Shown: piece by piece, positions 21,581 to 31,493 of the stretch
How positions within the stretch are numbered: the first letter of the stretch is position 1
Layout: each line of letters opens with the position of its first letter
NCBI GenBank assembly: GCA_963817885.1
Contig: CAWFQE010000004.1
Coordinates: 294,064-358,063 of the forward strand
Direction of reading: 5' to 3'
Length of the DNA stretch: 64,000 nucleotides
Source: an uncultured Acidobacteriota bacterium
GTDB lineage: Bacteria > Acidobacteriota > Vicinamibacteria > Vicinamibacterales > JAKQTR01
Notes under the pieces: model-generated
What the model was told of the DNA's origin: nothing
Seen by the model: only the letters and a program-made list of their open reading frames with translations
Database searches by the model: none
Made by a program: the position numbers and the translations under genes

Positions 21581-23884
21581 ATGCACGCGCCGGAAGACAC
21601 GACGCCCCTGTCTCCATGGTGGAGGCACGGGGTCATCCTCGTGATGATTGCGGGCTTCGCAGTCCTGTCCTATCTCACGGTCCGCACCTACATCGACGCC
21701 CCGCCCATTCCAGCGCGCGTGGAGGACGAGGCCGGCCGCGCCCTGTTCACCTCGGCCGACGTCCTGCGCGGCCAGGAGGTGTTCCTCAAGTATGGCTTGA
21801 TGGAGCACGGGACGCTCTGGGGCCACGGCGCGTACCTTGGACCCGACTACAGCGCCGAAACGCTGCACCGGGCGGTCGAGATCGGCCGCGACGCGCTGGC
21901 GCAAGGACGGTACGGCCGGCCCTATGCGTGGCTCGAGACTGGAGCTGCCGCGGACATCGCCGACACGGTCCGGCGGACGCTCAAGGAGAACCGATTCGAT
22001 CCGGTGACAGGCACCCTTCGGTTCACCAGCATCCAGAGCGACGCCTACGCCGCATCGCGCCACGACTGGGGCGAATTCTTCTCGGGGCAGCAGGCGGCAG
22101 CCGGCTTGCCTCTCCACTACATCCGGGACGGCCGTGAGCTCAACGACCTCGCGACCTACTTCACCTGGGCCGCCTGGGCTGCGGTCACCGACCGGCCGGG
22201 GAAGAGCTACTCCTACACCAACAACTGGCCGTACGACCCGGACGCCGGCAACACGCCGAGCGGTCCGACGTACCTCTGGAGCGCGCTGAGCCTCATCACC
22301 CTGCTCGGCGGCCTCGGCACCGTCCTGTTCCTTGTCGGGCGATTCGACTACCTGGGCTGGCACGAAGCGTCGACGCCGGGCCACTCGCACGACAACTTGA
22401 TGAATTCCTGGCGGTGGACGCCAAGCCAGCGCATGACGGCCTGGTACTTCGCGGTCGTCACGATACTCTTTCTCGGACAGGCGCTGGTCGGTGGCGTGAT
22501 CGCGCATTACCGGGTCGAGCCGGGCGCCTTCTATGGCTTCGATTTGTCGAGCCTGCTTCCATTCAACCTGGCCAGAACGTGGCACCTGCAGCTGGGGATC
22601 TTCTGGATCGCCACCGCGTGGGTCGGCGGCGGACTGCTGCTCGCGCCGCTGGTCGGCGGGGCTGAACCGCGGGGCCAGCGGCCCGGCGCCGTCGTGCTGC
22701 TGGTCGCGCTGGCGGTCGTGGTGTTCGGCAGCCTGTTCGGCGAGTACCTGGGCATCAATGGCGCCCTTGGCAACGCGTGGTTCTGGCTGGGCCACCAGGG
22801 GTCCGAGTACCTGGACCTCGGGCGGTTCTGGCAGCTGCTGCTCGCGGCCGGCCTCGTGTTCTGGCTGGTGCTCATGTATCGGGCGCTGCGGCCCGTGATG
22901 GTTCGGGGCCATCGATCCGAGCTGGCGGCGTTGTTCCTGTACGCCGCCGCCGCGATCCCGGTGTTCTATCTGCCGGCCCTCTTCTTCGGACCCGACACGA
23001 ACTTCGCCGTGATCGACAACTGGCGTTTCTGGATCATTCACCTCTGGGTGGAAGGCTTCTTCGAGCTGTTCGCGACGGTGCTCGTCGCGGTGATCTTCCA
23101 CCTGCTGGGGCTCGTCACGGCCCGGACGGCCACGCGGGTCGTGTATCTCGACGCGATTCTCTACCTGGGCGGAGGCATCATCGGCACCGGGCACCACTGG
23201 TACTTCACGGGGCAGGGGACGCTGAACATGGCGCTGGCGGCGTCGTTTTCGGCGCTCGAAATCGTGCCGCTGACCCTGCTGACGCTGGACGCCTGGGATT
23301 TCGTCCGCCTGCGGCATCGCCGGTGCGAGGAATGCGGAGACGCGCTTGCGGGCCGTCACCGATGGACGATCAACTTCCTGATGGCGGTAGGCGTCTGGAA
23401 CTTCGTGGGCGCCGGCATCTTTGGATTCCTGATCAATCTGCCGATCGTGTCCTACTTCGAGGTGGGAACCGTCCTGACCCCGAACCATGGGCACGCGGCG
23501 CTGTTCGGCGTGTTCGGCATGCTCGCGCTCGCCGTGGTCGTGTTCGGTCTCCGGGCGCTCTCGTCGGAGGCCGCGTGGGGGCGCGTGGAGCGCCTGGTCA
23601 AGTGCGGTTTCTGGGGGCTCAACGTGGGGCTGGCCCTGATGATCGCGCTCGACCTGTTTCCGGCCGGCGTGCTGCAGTTGTGGGACTCGATCGCCAATGG
23701 ATACTGGCACGCCCGGCGGCTCGGCTTCACGATGAGCGGCACGTTCCACCGGCTCGAGTGGATTCGGCTGGCGGGAGACGGGATCTTCATCGTCGCCGGC
23801 GTCGTCCCGATGGTCCTGGCGACGCTGAGGATCGTGCTCGATCGGAGCACGCGGCGGCCATCTGCGCCCCAGCCGGAGGCGTGA
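21581..23884 (+). CDS. norB: quinol-dependent nitric oxide reductase (qNOR, NorZ-type single subunit)
   Basis: ORF 21536..23884 trimmed to the ATG at 21581, which is preceded by GGAGG. About 767 aa with the N-terminal extension typical of qNOR and a haem-copper-oxidase core: WIIHLWVEGFFELFAT, GTGHHWYF, PNHGHAALFGVFG. Confidence 0.9.
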   Translation: MHAPEDTTPLSPWWRHGVILVMIAGFAVLSYLTVRTYIDAPPIPARVEDEAGRALFTSADVLRGQEVFLKYGLMEHGTLWGHGAYLGPDYSAETLHRAVEIGRDALAQGRYGRPYAWLETGAAADIADTVRRTLKENRFDPVTGTLRFTSIQSDAYAASRHDWGEFFSGQQAAAGLPLHYIRDGRELNDLATYFTWAAWAAVTDRPGKSYSYTNNWPYDPDAGNTPSGPTYLWSALSLITLLGGLGTVLFLVGRFDYLGWHEASTPGHSHDNLMNSWRWTPSQRMTAWYFAVVTILFLGQALVGGVIAHYRVEPGAFYGFDLSSLLPFNLARTWHLQLGIFWIATAWVGGGLLLAPLVGGAEPRGQRPGAVVLLVALAVVVFGSLFGEYLGINGALGNAWFWLGHQGSEYLDLGRFWQLLLAAGLVFWLVLMYRALRPVMVRGHRSELAALFLYAAAAIPVFYLPALFFGPDTNFAVIDNWRFWIIHLWVEGFFELFATVLVAVIFHLLGLVTARTATRVVYLDAILYLGGGIIGTGHHWYFTGQGTLNMALAASFSALEIVPLTLLTLDAWDFVRLRHRRCEECGDALAGRHRWTINFLMAVGVWNFVGAGIFGFLINLPIVSYFEVGTVLTPNHGHAALFGVFGMLALAVVVFGLRALSSEAAWGRVERLVKCGFWGLNVGLALMIALDLFPAGVLQLWDSIANGYWHARRLGFTMSGTFHRLEWIRLAGDGIFIVAGVVPMVLATLRIVLDRSTRRPSAPQPEA

Positions 23885-23940
23885 CGGGCGGCGCCCTCGA
23901 CCGCCACGGGGGAACGCCCGCGGACGAGGACCGTTCGACT

Positions 23941-23978
23941 ATCGGGCGAGGGCCGGCCGAGGCTGGCCCCCGCCCGAT
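23941..23978. terminator. GC-rich hairpin between the convergent norB and DUF2231 genes
   Basis: ATCGGGCGAGGGCC - 10-nt loop - GGCCCCCGCCCGAT. This is a 14-bp stem with one mismatch and no U-tract. Confidence 0.35.
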
Positions 23979-23983
23979 CGACC

Positions 23984-24586
23984 TCAGCGCGCGTCCCGGC
24001 CGTCCCCCGTGTGCCCCGCGCTCTCGTTCTGAGCACGTTCGACCGGCCGGACCTCGCGATCCGTTGACGGCGCAGTCGGCGCCGCGGGCCCGGCCGCTGC
24101 GGGCGGGATGAACGCGTGCACGCCGAGCTGGTGGACGAGCATTCCGCCCTGGTGCGCGACGTTGGCGACCAGCACGGCGGAGGCCGCGAACGCCAGGAGG
24201 AAGACCCCGTTGGTCACGACCCGGTACGCCGGGCGGGCGAGGTTCTTGAACCATCGCGGAGCCGCAAGCGCCACGGCGTAGAGCACGGTCAGCACCGTGA
24301 GCAGCGTGCGAGCGGTCTCAGCCAGTTCCGAGTGGCGCTCGAGCACGCGGTTGATCGCGTCGGTCCGCGTGGCCAGCTCCGCTGCCGCTTCGCCGGTCCC
24401 GACCGCCACGAACGCGGCGGCCGTGCTGATCGCCAGCAGGACCAGCGCCGAGACCGAGAACAGCGCGGCGTGCCTGGGCACGATCAGGCTGAGGACCAGG
24501 AAGAGCGGTGCGACGAACACCAGCGCGATCGGAAAGTGAATCACCAGGGGATGGAGTCCATCCCAGCCCGGCCAGGGAGGCAGCAT
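23984..24586 (-). CDS. DUF2231 integral membrane protein
   Basis: 200 aa: LHPLVIHFPIALVFVAPLFLVL..., four predicted TM helices. It starts 3 nt after the rubrerythrin stop. Confidence 0.7.
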   Translation of the reverse strand: MLPPWPGWDGLHPLVIHFPIALVFVAPLFLVLSLIVPRHAALFSVSALVLLAISTAAAFVAVGTGEAAAELATRTDAINRVLERHSELAETARTLLTVLTVLYAVALAAPRWFKNLARPAYRVVTNGVFLLAFAASAVLVANVAHQGGMLVHQLGVHAFIPPAAAGPAAPTAPSTDREVRPVERAQNESAGHTGDGRDAR

Positions 24587-24589
24587 GGG

Positions 24590-25225
24590 CTAGCTCACTT
24601 TCAGGTACTTCTCGGAGGCCGTGAAGCAGACCGGGCACTTGGTGAAATCCACCACCGTGACCGTCTTCCCGCACACCGGGCAGACGTAGAAGGTTTTCGC
24701 CGCCTTCCAGCCCTGGAGATTGTTCGACGCTTCGGTATACAGCTTCGCGTGCTCGCCCTCGGCGCTGATCGCGAAGTTGAACGACCTCAGCGCATCCTTG
24801 TTGCCGCTGGCCTTGGCCTCGGCGATGAACTCCGGGTACATCGTGTCGCGTTCGTAGGTCTCGCCGGCGATGGCGGCCTTGAGATTGTCGGCGGTCGCCT
24901 TGATCTCGGGCAGCTTGATGTCGGCCTTCGGCGTGCCGCCGAGCTTCTTGATGACCTCGCCGTGGTTGAAGGCGTGAGCCTGTTCGGCCCTGGCCGCCGC
25001 GCGGAACAGCGCCGCCGCGCCCGCGAAGCCCTCCTGATCAGCCTTCTTCGCGAACTCGGCGTACTTCGCGTTCGCGTTGGACTCGCCGTTGAACGCGGCC
25101 ATCAGGTTGTCGAGCGTCGTGCCCGCCGCAGGTGTTGCGGCCAGTGCGGCGCCGGCGAACCACGTGCCGGCGACGAGCACTGCCAGGGCCACCACCACCA
25201 CGCGCCAAATGCTCCTTCGATTCAT
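24590..25225 (-). CDS. rubrerythrin with an N-terminal export (Tat-like) signal
   Basis: ORF 24590..25294 trimmed to the ATG at 25225: MNRRSIWRVVVVALAVLVAGTWFAGAALA-ATPAAG. It has two E...ExxH di-iron pairs (ESNANAKY...AEQAHA; ETYERD...AEGEHAKLY) and a C-terminal rubredoxin-like CPVC...CPVC. Confidence 0.85.
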   Translation of the reverse strand: MNRRSIWRVVVVALAVLVAGTWFAGAALAATPAAGTTLDNLMAAFNGESNANAKYAEFAKKADQEGFAGAAALFRAAARAEQAHAFNHGEVIKKLGGTPKADIKLPEIKATADNLKAAIAGETYERDTMYPEFIAEAKASGNKDALRSFNFAISAEGEHAKLYTEASNNLQGWKAAKTFYVCPVCGKTVTVVDFTKCPVCFTASEKYLKVS

Positions 25226-25636
25226 CACGCCATCCCTCCCCCTGCAACTGATGTGAGCACCAGGGGCGGACCCGCCGCCGGCCCGCGACAGCACGGCTGT
25301 CGCCAGGTGCGAAGGCGATCATCCCGTCCCACCGTTGAGACACCCGAGAGCTGACCATGTCGCGAATCGGTCGGCCGGAGACGGCTTCAGCGCGAGGACC
25401 AATGTGCTGAGGAGGCAAGTCGACGCGTCAGCACCCGCAACAGCCGGAGGGCACCGGTCGATCGATGCGAAAGGGGGGCCGCGCTCCGTTGCCCTGGAGC
25501 GGTGAAGCCATTTTCCTGAAATGTGTGGTATCTCGTCAATATTGGGCCCGAGACCGGCGAAGATCCCGTCACCCGGGACCGCAGCGGTTCTTGTGCGCCT
25601 CGCGACGCCCGCGGGCCTCTTCCAAGACCTGATCGC

Positions 25637-28325
25637 TTACCTCAGGCGTTCGGCCAGAACGATGTCGCCGGACCAGCGGATGTGCCCGATGATGAGCGAC
25701 GATCCGTCGCGCGACCACGTGACGCCACGCATGGAGACCCCGGTCGGCAGGTCGATCAGCTTCATGAACGGCATGGCGCCGCCCGGGGTCACGATCCAGA
25801 TCGTGGCAGTCTGGTTGCCAGGCAGCGACACAGCCGCGAGCCGACGACCGTCCGGCGACCACGATAGAAACCCGTTCGACAGCTGCTGGGGTGCGTCGGG
25901 CACGCTCGAAGGTCGAGGGCGGCCCTCGTGATTCACGAGGCGCAGGTAGGTTCCGACCCCAGGGTGGGGTTCGAGATAGGCGATCACGTCATCTCGTGGA
26001 CGACCAGGCCGGCGCGAATCCCCCGGCAGGCGTCGGCAGCCGTGTAGCGGTCTCCCGTCGGCCACCGAGGCTGTCATCAAGGCGGGTGCCGCGCCGCCGG
26101 GTACCGCGTAGACCAGCGTTCGCCCGTCGGGGGACCAGCCGACGGTGTCGATGACGTCGGCGAGTCGTGACCAGTCGTGGCGAGCCTCCGTCGACGTTCA
26201 CGATCCAGATGCCTCGCCGTTCCACCCCGGTCCGAGACGAAGGCCACCTGCTGACCGTCCGGCGAATACGCGGGTCGTTCGTCGATCGCCGGTCCCGACG
26301 TCAGCGGCACCGGCTGTGAGAGGTCGGCGCTGCGCGATCCAGATGTTGCGGTTGCCGGTCCGCGACGAGCTGAACGCGACGCGCGTGCCGTCGGGCGATC
26401 GAGAGGGATCGAGATCGCCCGAGAATCCGTCGGTCAACGGCTCCAGCGCCGCCGGATGGTCAAAGGCGACCGGGACACGGTCCAGCGCCTGCTGGACGTC
26501 GATGACCGTCGCGACCAGGCGCCGGCCGTCCCGCGCAGACCGACGGTTCGCCGGTACTCGCCGACTCCGGTGGTCAGGCGCACGTCTCGGCCGGTGCGGA
26601 GATCGCGCCAGAAGAGGTTCAGGTCGACGCCGTCGGGGTTGGCGGCATAGAACAGACCGTGGCCGTCCGCGCTCGGAAACGGATTGACCGCGCGTCGGGC
26701 GGTGCGCACGACCGGCTCGATCGGCCCCCCGGAGGCGGGCACCCGGAAGATCTCGGTCGGCTCCGCGTTGAGGCTCTGGAAACCGAAGTTGAAGTAGACA
26801 TACCGGCCGTCAGGCGACCACCTCATCCAGTGGGCATGGCGCCCACCCTGCGCGGGCGACGAGCTCGTGCGGGTTCTGGCCGTCCGCGTCTGCAATCAGT
26901 ACCGCGTCACCAGCCGACCCGCCTGCCCGCATGAACGCGATGCGCGTGCCGTCGGGCGACCAGCGCAGCCCCTGCTCGGCCGTGCGCAGCAGTTTGCGCG
27001 GCACGCCGCCGAGCGGCGCGGGCACGACCCAGCTCGACATCTGCGGCGCGCGTGACGCCGGGAGGTCCGCCGGCAAATGCGATCAGTGTGCCGTCCGGCG
27101 AAATGTCCAGGCCCCCGATGATGTCCTGCGACTGCACATCCAATCCGGCCGACGCCGTGAGATTCGCCGCACCGCCGCCGTCGATGAATTTCACCCAGAC
27201 GTCGGTCGGACCGCGCGCGTTCGACAGGTAGGCGACCCACTTGCCGTCGGGCGAGATGGCGGCGCCGAACTCGTGCGCTGGCGTCGAGACCAGCCGGATC
27301 ACACGATCGAAGGTCGGCGCCGCGGGTGCCACGCGCAGCCACAGGACCAGCAGCCCGAACGCCAGCATCACCGCTGCGCCGGCGCAAGCTGCGGCGATCG
27401 CACGCCGCCACGACGCGGGCGCAGCCGCCGGGCGCTTGTCGGCGCCTGCCGCTCCATTCGTCGGCGGCGGCGACAGCATCTCCTCGAGTTCGATGCGCGC
27501 ATCGCCGATGTCGCGAAGACGGCGGCGCGCATCCTTCTGAAGACATCGCCGCAGCAGATCCCTGATGCCCGGCGGCGAGGGTGGCGGCAGAGCGCCCAGG
27601 TCCGGTTCGCGCTGAAGGAGATTCGCGAGCGTTTCGGCCGTGCTGTCGCCCGCAAACGCGGAATGACCCGTGAGCATCTCGAACAGCACGCAGCCAAACG
27701 CCCAGATGTCGGTCCGGCGGTCCACCGGGCGGCCGCGCGACTGTTCCGGACTCATATACGCCGCGGTGCCGAGAATGACGCCCGACTGGGTGCCTGTCCC
27801 GGTAATCGTCGGTGAATTCTGGATGTCTACCCGCGACGCCTCGCTTGCGTAGACCTTTGCGAGGCCGAAGTCGAGCACCTTCACCGTGCCGTCAGAGCGC
27901 ACCTTGATGTTGGCGGGCTTCAAGTCGCGGTGGATGATGCCTTGCTCGTGGGCTGCCTCGAGCGCCTCCGCAACCTGTACCGCGATCGCCAACGCCTCGT
28001 CAGGAACCATCGGGCCGCTCGAGATCCGTTCGGCGAGCGTCGGACCGTCAACGAGCTCCATGACCAGCGCTCGCACGCCGTTGGCCTCTTCCAGGCCGTA
28101 GAGCGACGCGATGTGAGGATGGTTGAGGGAGGCGAGCACCTGCGCCTCGCGCTCGAAACGCCGAAGGTGATCCCGATCGCGCGTCAGCGCTTCAGGGAGG
28201 ATCTTGAGCGCGACGTCGCGCTGCAGCCGGGCGTCACGGCCGCGATACACCTCGCCCATTCCGCCCGCCCCGAGCGAGCCTCTGACTTCATACGGCCCCA
28301 GCCGAGTCCCCGGCGCTAGCGGCAC
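25637..28325 (-). pseudogene. Ser/Thr protein kinase with a TM helix and a PD40/TolB-like beta-propeller; the propeller part is broken by at least 8 frame changes
   Basis: ORF 26907..28325 holds an intact kinase ([32 protein letters not shown]), a TM helix (AIAAACAGAAVMLAFGLLVLWL) and the first SPDG repeat. The remaining repeats (WSPDGTRIAF, WSPDGRYVYF, SPDGTRVAFSS, YSPDGQQVAFVS, WSPDGRTLVY, WSPDGRRLAAVS, WSRDGSSLII) are scattered over ORFs 26810..27076, 26434..26895, 26198..26437, 26077..26310, 25989..26225 and 25637..26080 in all three frames. Confidence 0.85.
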
Positions 28326-28457
28326 GGCTCCATCCTCGTGCTATGTTGGACGCACAATCCTGCTCACAGGTCTCCGCCGCCATGGCACCGAGCGTTTCCA
28401 TGAAGATTCCGGGAACGCGGCGCCCCGGCGTTGCGGACCGCGTCGTCGGGGATTCCC

Positions 28458-29288
28458 ATGTCGCGACCGGCCATCCGCGATCGGTGGCTGATTTCGTTCG
28501 CCGCGTTCCTGCGTTCGGTCGGCATCGGCATGACTGGCGTGCTGCTTGGTGTCTACCTGGCGCAGGCGCGCTACCCGGCCGTTCAGATCGGCATCATCAC
28601 GGCGGCAGGGCTCGCCGGCAACGTCCTGGCCCTGATTCCCGTCACGTTCCGCGGAGACAGCCTCGGCCGGCGCCGGGTGCTGGTCGGACTCTCGGTGCTC
28701 TCGGCGGCCGGCGGGGCAGCGATGGCGGCCGGCTAAGGGGTCGGCACGCTGACCTTCGTCAGTTTCTTCGGGCTGATGAACGGCATGGGGCGCGACTGCG
28801 GGCCGGCGTGCGCCCTGGAACAGGCGCTGCTGCCGGGGCTGGTGCCGTCGTCGCGCCGGACATGGGCCTTCGCCCAGTACAACGTCGTGCAGGACGCGGG
28901 CCACGCCATCGGGTCGCTCTGCGGTGCACTCCCGTTCATCCTCCGTTCGCTTCTCGGTGCCGACCTCCTCGCCTCGTACCGCTGGGCGTTCCTCGTCTAC
29001 GCGCTCATCAACCTTGCCGCCGCCGCGGTCTACGCGACGCTTTCCAGCCAGAGTGAAGTCCGGACCGCGGGCCCCGCCGGGATTGCCGCGGCGCCCTCGC
29101 TCTCGCCCCACTCCCGGAGAGTCGTCACGAAGCTCTGCGCCCTGTTCGGCATCGATAGCCTTGGAGGAGGGTTCCTGGGCGGCGCGATCAAGATCGCCTA
29201 CGAGCTCCTGCTGTATGGGTCGTTCCGCCAGCTCAAGCCGCCCGAGGAAGAGGGGTCGGGACGGATTTCAGAACAAGGCGATCCGTGA
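28458..29288 (+). pseudogene. MFS transporter remnant with an in-frame TAA and an internal deletion
   Basis: ORFs 28431..28736 and 28776..29288 are in the same frame, separated by a TAA at 28734-28736 (...AAMAAG-stop-GVGTLTFVSFFGLMNGMGRD...). After ...LFGIDSLGGGFLG the sequence jumps to what looks like the family's C-terminal tail (GAIKIAYELLLYGSFRQLKPPEEE). About five TM helices therefore seem to be missing. Confidence 0.65.
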
Positions 29289-30005
29289 TTACGGAACTGT
29301 GTGTAGGTGCTCTGCGGTCGTGTCTTCCTCGACCACTCGAGGCAACTGGCGACACCGACCGGGCCCTCGTCCCCCAGACCGCCACTTGAGTGCACGCGCC
29401 GTGCGGCTTCGCCACTCAACTGACCCAAAGTGCCGGCCAAGTCGTATGGCGTCTCGAATCTGGCTCAGAGCTTGGGACGGCTCAGGAACGTTGAGCTGTT
29501 CGGGCCAGTCGTCGGGTCGCGGGACCGGCCACGGGGCGAGTTCTGGTCTCCCTGCTTCGGCCCTTGAGCGCGAAGCGCTCGACCACGGCCAGTCCTCAGC
29601 GCTGGCTGCCAGACGGGCGCGCAACGGGTTGCGCTCGACATAACGGCACACCCGCAGAAAATGGAAATCGTTCTGCACTGCGATTGCCTTGAATCGCCCC
29701 TGATAAACGGCTCCTCGGCCGACGCTTCCCTTCCCCGTGCGCCACTGCTGTGCATGCGTCGCCGTCAAGCGCATCATGAACCGCGACAACCCGTTGTCGT
29801 CACCGGGCCACAGGACAAGATGCCAGTGGTTCGGCATGAGCGTGTAGGCAAGCAACCTCATTGGGATCTCGCGAGAGGTATCCCTCAGCAGACGAAGGAA
29901 GTGCTCGTAATCGCTGCTCTGCTCGAATGGCACCAAGCCTTGCACGGCTCGATTGAGGACGTGGAAGACAATCTGCCCCGAGGCTCGTCGTGGACGTCTG
30001 GGCAT
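29289..30005 (-). CDS. REP-associated tyrosine transposase (RAYT; IS200-like Y1 HUH transposase)
   Basis: 238 aa: FHVLNRAV...DYEHFLRLL......LLAYTLMPNHWHLVLWP (HUH motif) ...VYQGRFKAIAVQND.HFLRVCRYVERNPLRA (catalytic-Tyr helix). No IS200-type terminal hairpins or REPs lie within 300 nt. Confidence 0.8.
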   Translation of the reverse strand: MPRRPRRASGQIVFHVLNRAVQGLVPFEQSSDYEHFLRLLRDTSREIPMRLLAYTLMPNHWHLVLWPGDDNGLSRFMMRLTATHAQQWRTGKGSVGRGAVYQGRFKAIAVQNDFHFLRVCRYVERNPLRARLAASAEDWPWSSASRSRAEAGRPELAPWPVPRPDDWPEQLNVPEPSQALSQIRDAIRLGRHFGSVEWRSRTARALKWRSGGRGPGRCRQLPRVVEEDTTAEHLHTVP

Positions 30006-30338
30006 TTGACACAGGGGGCTTCGCGATTAGCGACGCCGCCGCGCGACTCTGGACGTCGACGATGCAAGATGGCCGCCGCGGCGGGCCGCGGTTCATGTTC
30101 GGCACACCCCAGCGTTTGTCGGGGATCCTCCTTAATCGTCGGACGAGAGTGGCAAGAACTGCCACCCAGTCAACCAGATCTGGTCGCAGAGACTTAGAGT
30201 GGAGTGGCCGTCGAGTAGCCAGCGACGCGTACAAAACCGTCAGTTTCTATTGACCCGACAGCAAATTCGTCCCGACCCCTGGACCTGACGGCTGGACACT
30301 GACGGCAATGTACGACAGGATTAGTAGGGGAGCCGCCC

Positions 30339-31493
30339 ATGCACATCGTTGTCCCGAGAGAGACGTCCCCTCCTGACGCCCGGGTCGCCCTCGTCCCGGA
30401 GTCCTGCAAGAAGCTCATCCAGGCCGGTTACACGGTTTCGATCGAGGCGGAGGCCGGCGCCGCCGCCGGATTTGCGGACGCCGCGTACCTGGAGCTTGGC
30501 GTCCAGGTGGATCCCGACGGGACCAGACTCCTGAGTGCGGCCGATCTCGTGCTCAAGGTGAACGCGCCCGGAACCCGCGGATCTCCACGAGACGAGTCCG
30601 CAGCGATGCGACCGGACGCGACATACGTCGGGTCGCTGATGCCGCTGCGAAACCTCGGCGTTGTCCGCGCGCTCGCCGACGCCCGGGTCACCTCGTTTTC
30701 GACCGACGCGATCCCGCGAACGACCCGCGCCCAGGCGATGGACACGCTGTCGTCGATGGCCAGCCTCACCGGCTACAAGGGCGTGCTGCTGGCGGCGGTC
30801 GAGCTCAATCGCTATTTCCCGATGCTGATGACGGCGGCGGGCATGGTGCCCCCCGCCAAGGTGTTCGTGATCGGGGCCGGCGTGGCCGGTCTCCAGGCGA
30901 TCGCGACGGCCCGGCGGCTCGGCGCGAACGTCGTGGCCACTGACGTGCGGCCCGAGGTCAAGGAGCAGATCGAAAGCGTCGGCGCCAAGTACGTCGGCAT
31001 CCAGCTCGCCGAGAGCGCGGCCGCCGGCGGCGGGTACGCGCGCGAGCTGTCGCAGGAGGACCAGCGGCGCCAGACGCAGCTGCTGATCGAGGAGTGCGCG
31101 AAGGTCGACGTGGTCGTCACGACCGCGCTCATCGGCGGGGTCTTCGCGCCGCGCATCATCACCGCCGACACCGTCCGGAGCATGAAACCCGGCTCGATCA
31201 TCGTCGATCTCGCGGCGGACGGCGGCGGGAACTGCGAGCTGTCGAAACCGGGCGAGACGGTGCGGGTCAACGGCGTCACGATTCTCGCGCCGCTGAACGT
31301 GCCCGCGACGCTGCCGTTTCACGCCAGCCTGATGTTCTCGCGCAACCTGACGGCCTTCGTGCTGGCGTTCACGAAGGACGGGGCCTTCCAGTTCGATCTC
31401 AACGACGACATTCAACGCGGCGCGCTCATCACCCACCAGGGCGAGGTGACCAACGAGCGCGTCCGCGCGGCATTGCAGAAGGTGACGCCATGA
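30339..31493 (+). CDS. pntA: NAD(P) transhydrogenase subunit alpha, part 1 (dI)
   Basis: 384 aa: MHIVVPRET...ARVALVPE...AGYTVSIEAEAG...VIGAGVAGLQAIATARRLGA.V...D (alanine-dehydrogenase-like fold). Confidence 0.9.
   Translation: MHIVVPRETSPPDARVALVPESCKKLIQAGYTVSIEAEAGAAAGFADAAYLELGVQVDPDGTRLLSAADLVLKVNAPGTRGSPRDESAAMRPDATYVGSLMPLRNLGVVRALADARVTSFSTDAIPRTTRAQAMDTLSSMASLTGYKGVLLAAVELNRYFPMLMTAAGMVPPAKVFVIGAGVAGLQAIATARRLGANVVATDVRPEVKEQIESVGAKYVGIQLAESAAAGGGYARELSQEDQRRQTQLLIEECAKVDVVVTTALIGGVFAPRIITADTVRSMKPGSIIVDLAADGGGNCELSKPGETVRVNGVTILAPLNVPATLPFHASLMFSRNLTAFVLAFTKDGAFQFDLNDDIQRGALITHQGEVTNERVRAALQKVTP

Noticed and set aside
21542-23749. 735-aa ORF antisense to the NO reductase gene
   Set aside because: Its composition is dominated by Arg, Glu, Pro, Gly and Asp, and it mirrors a strongly supported sense gene.
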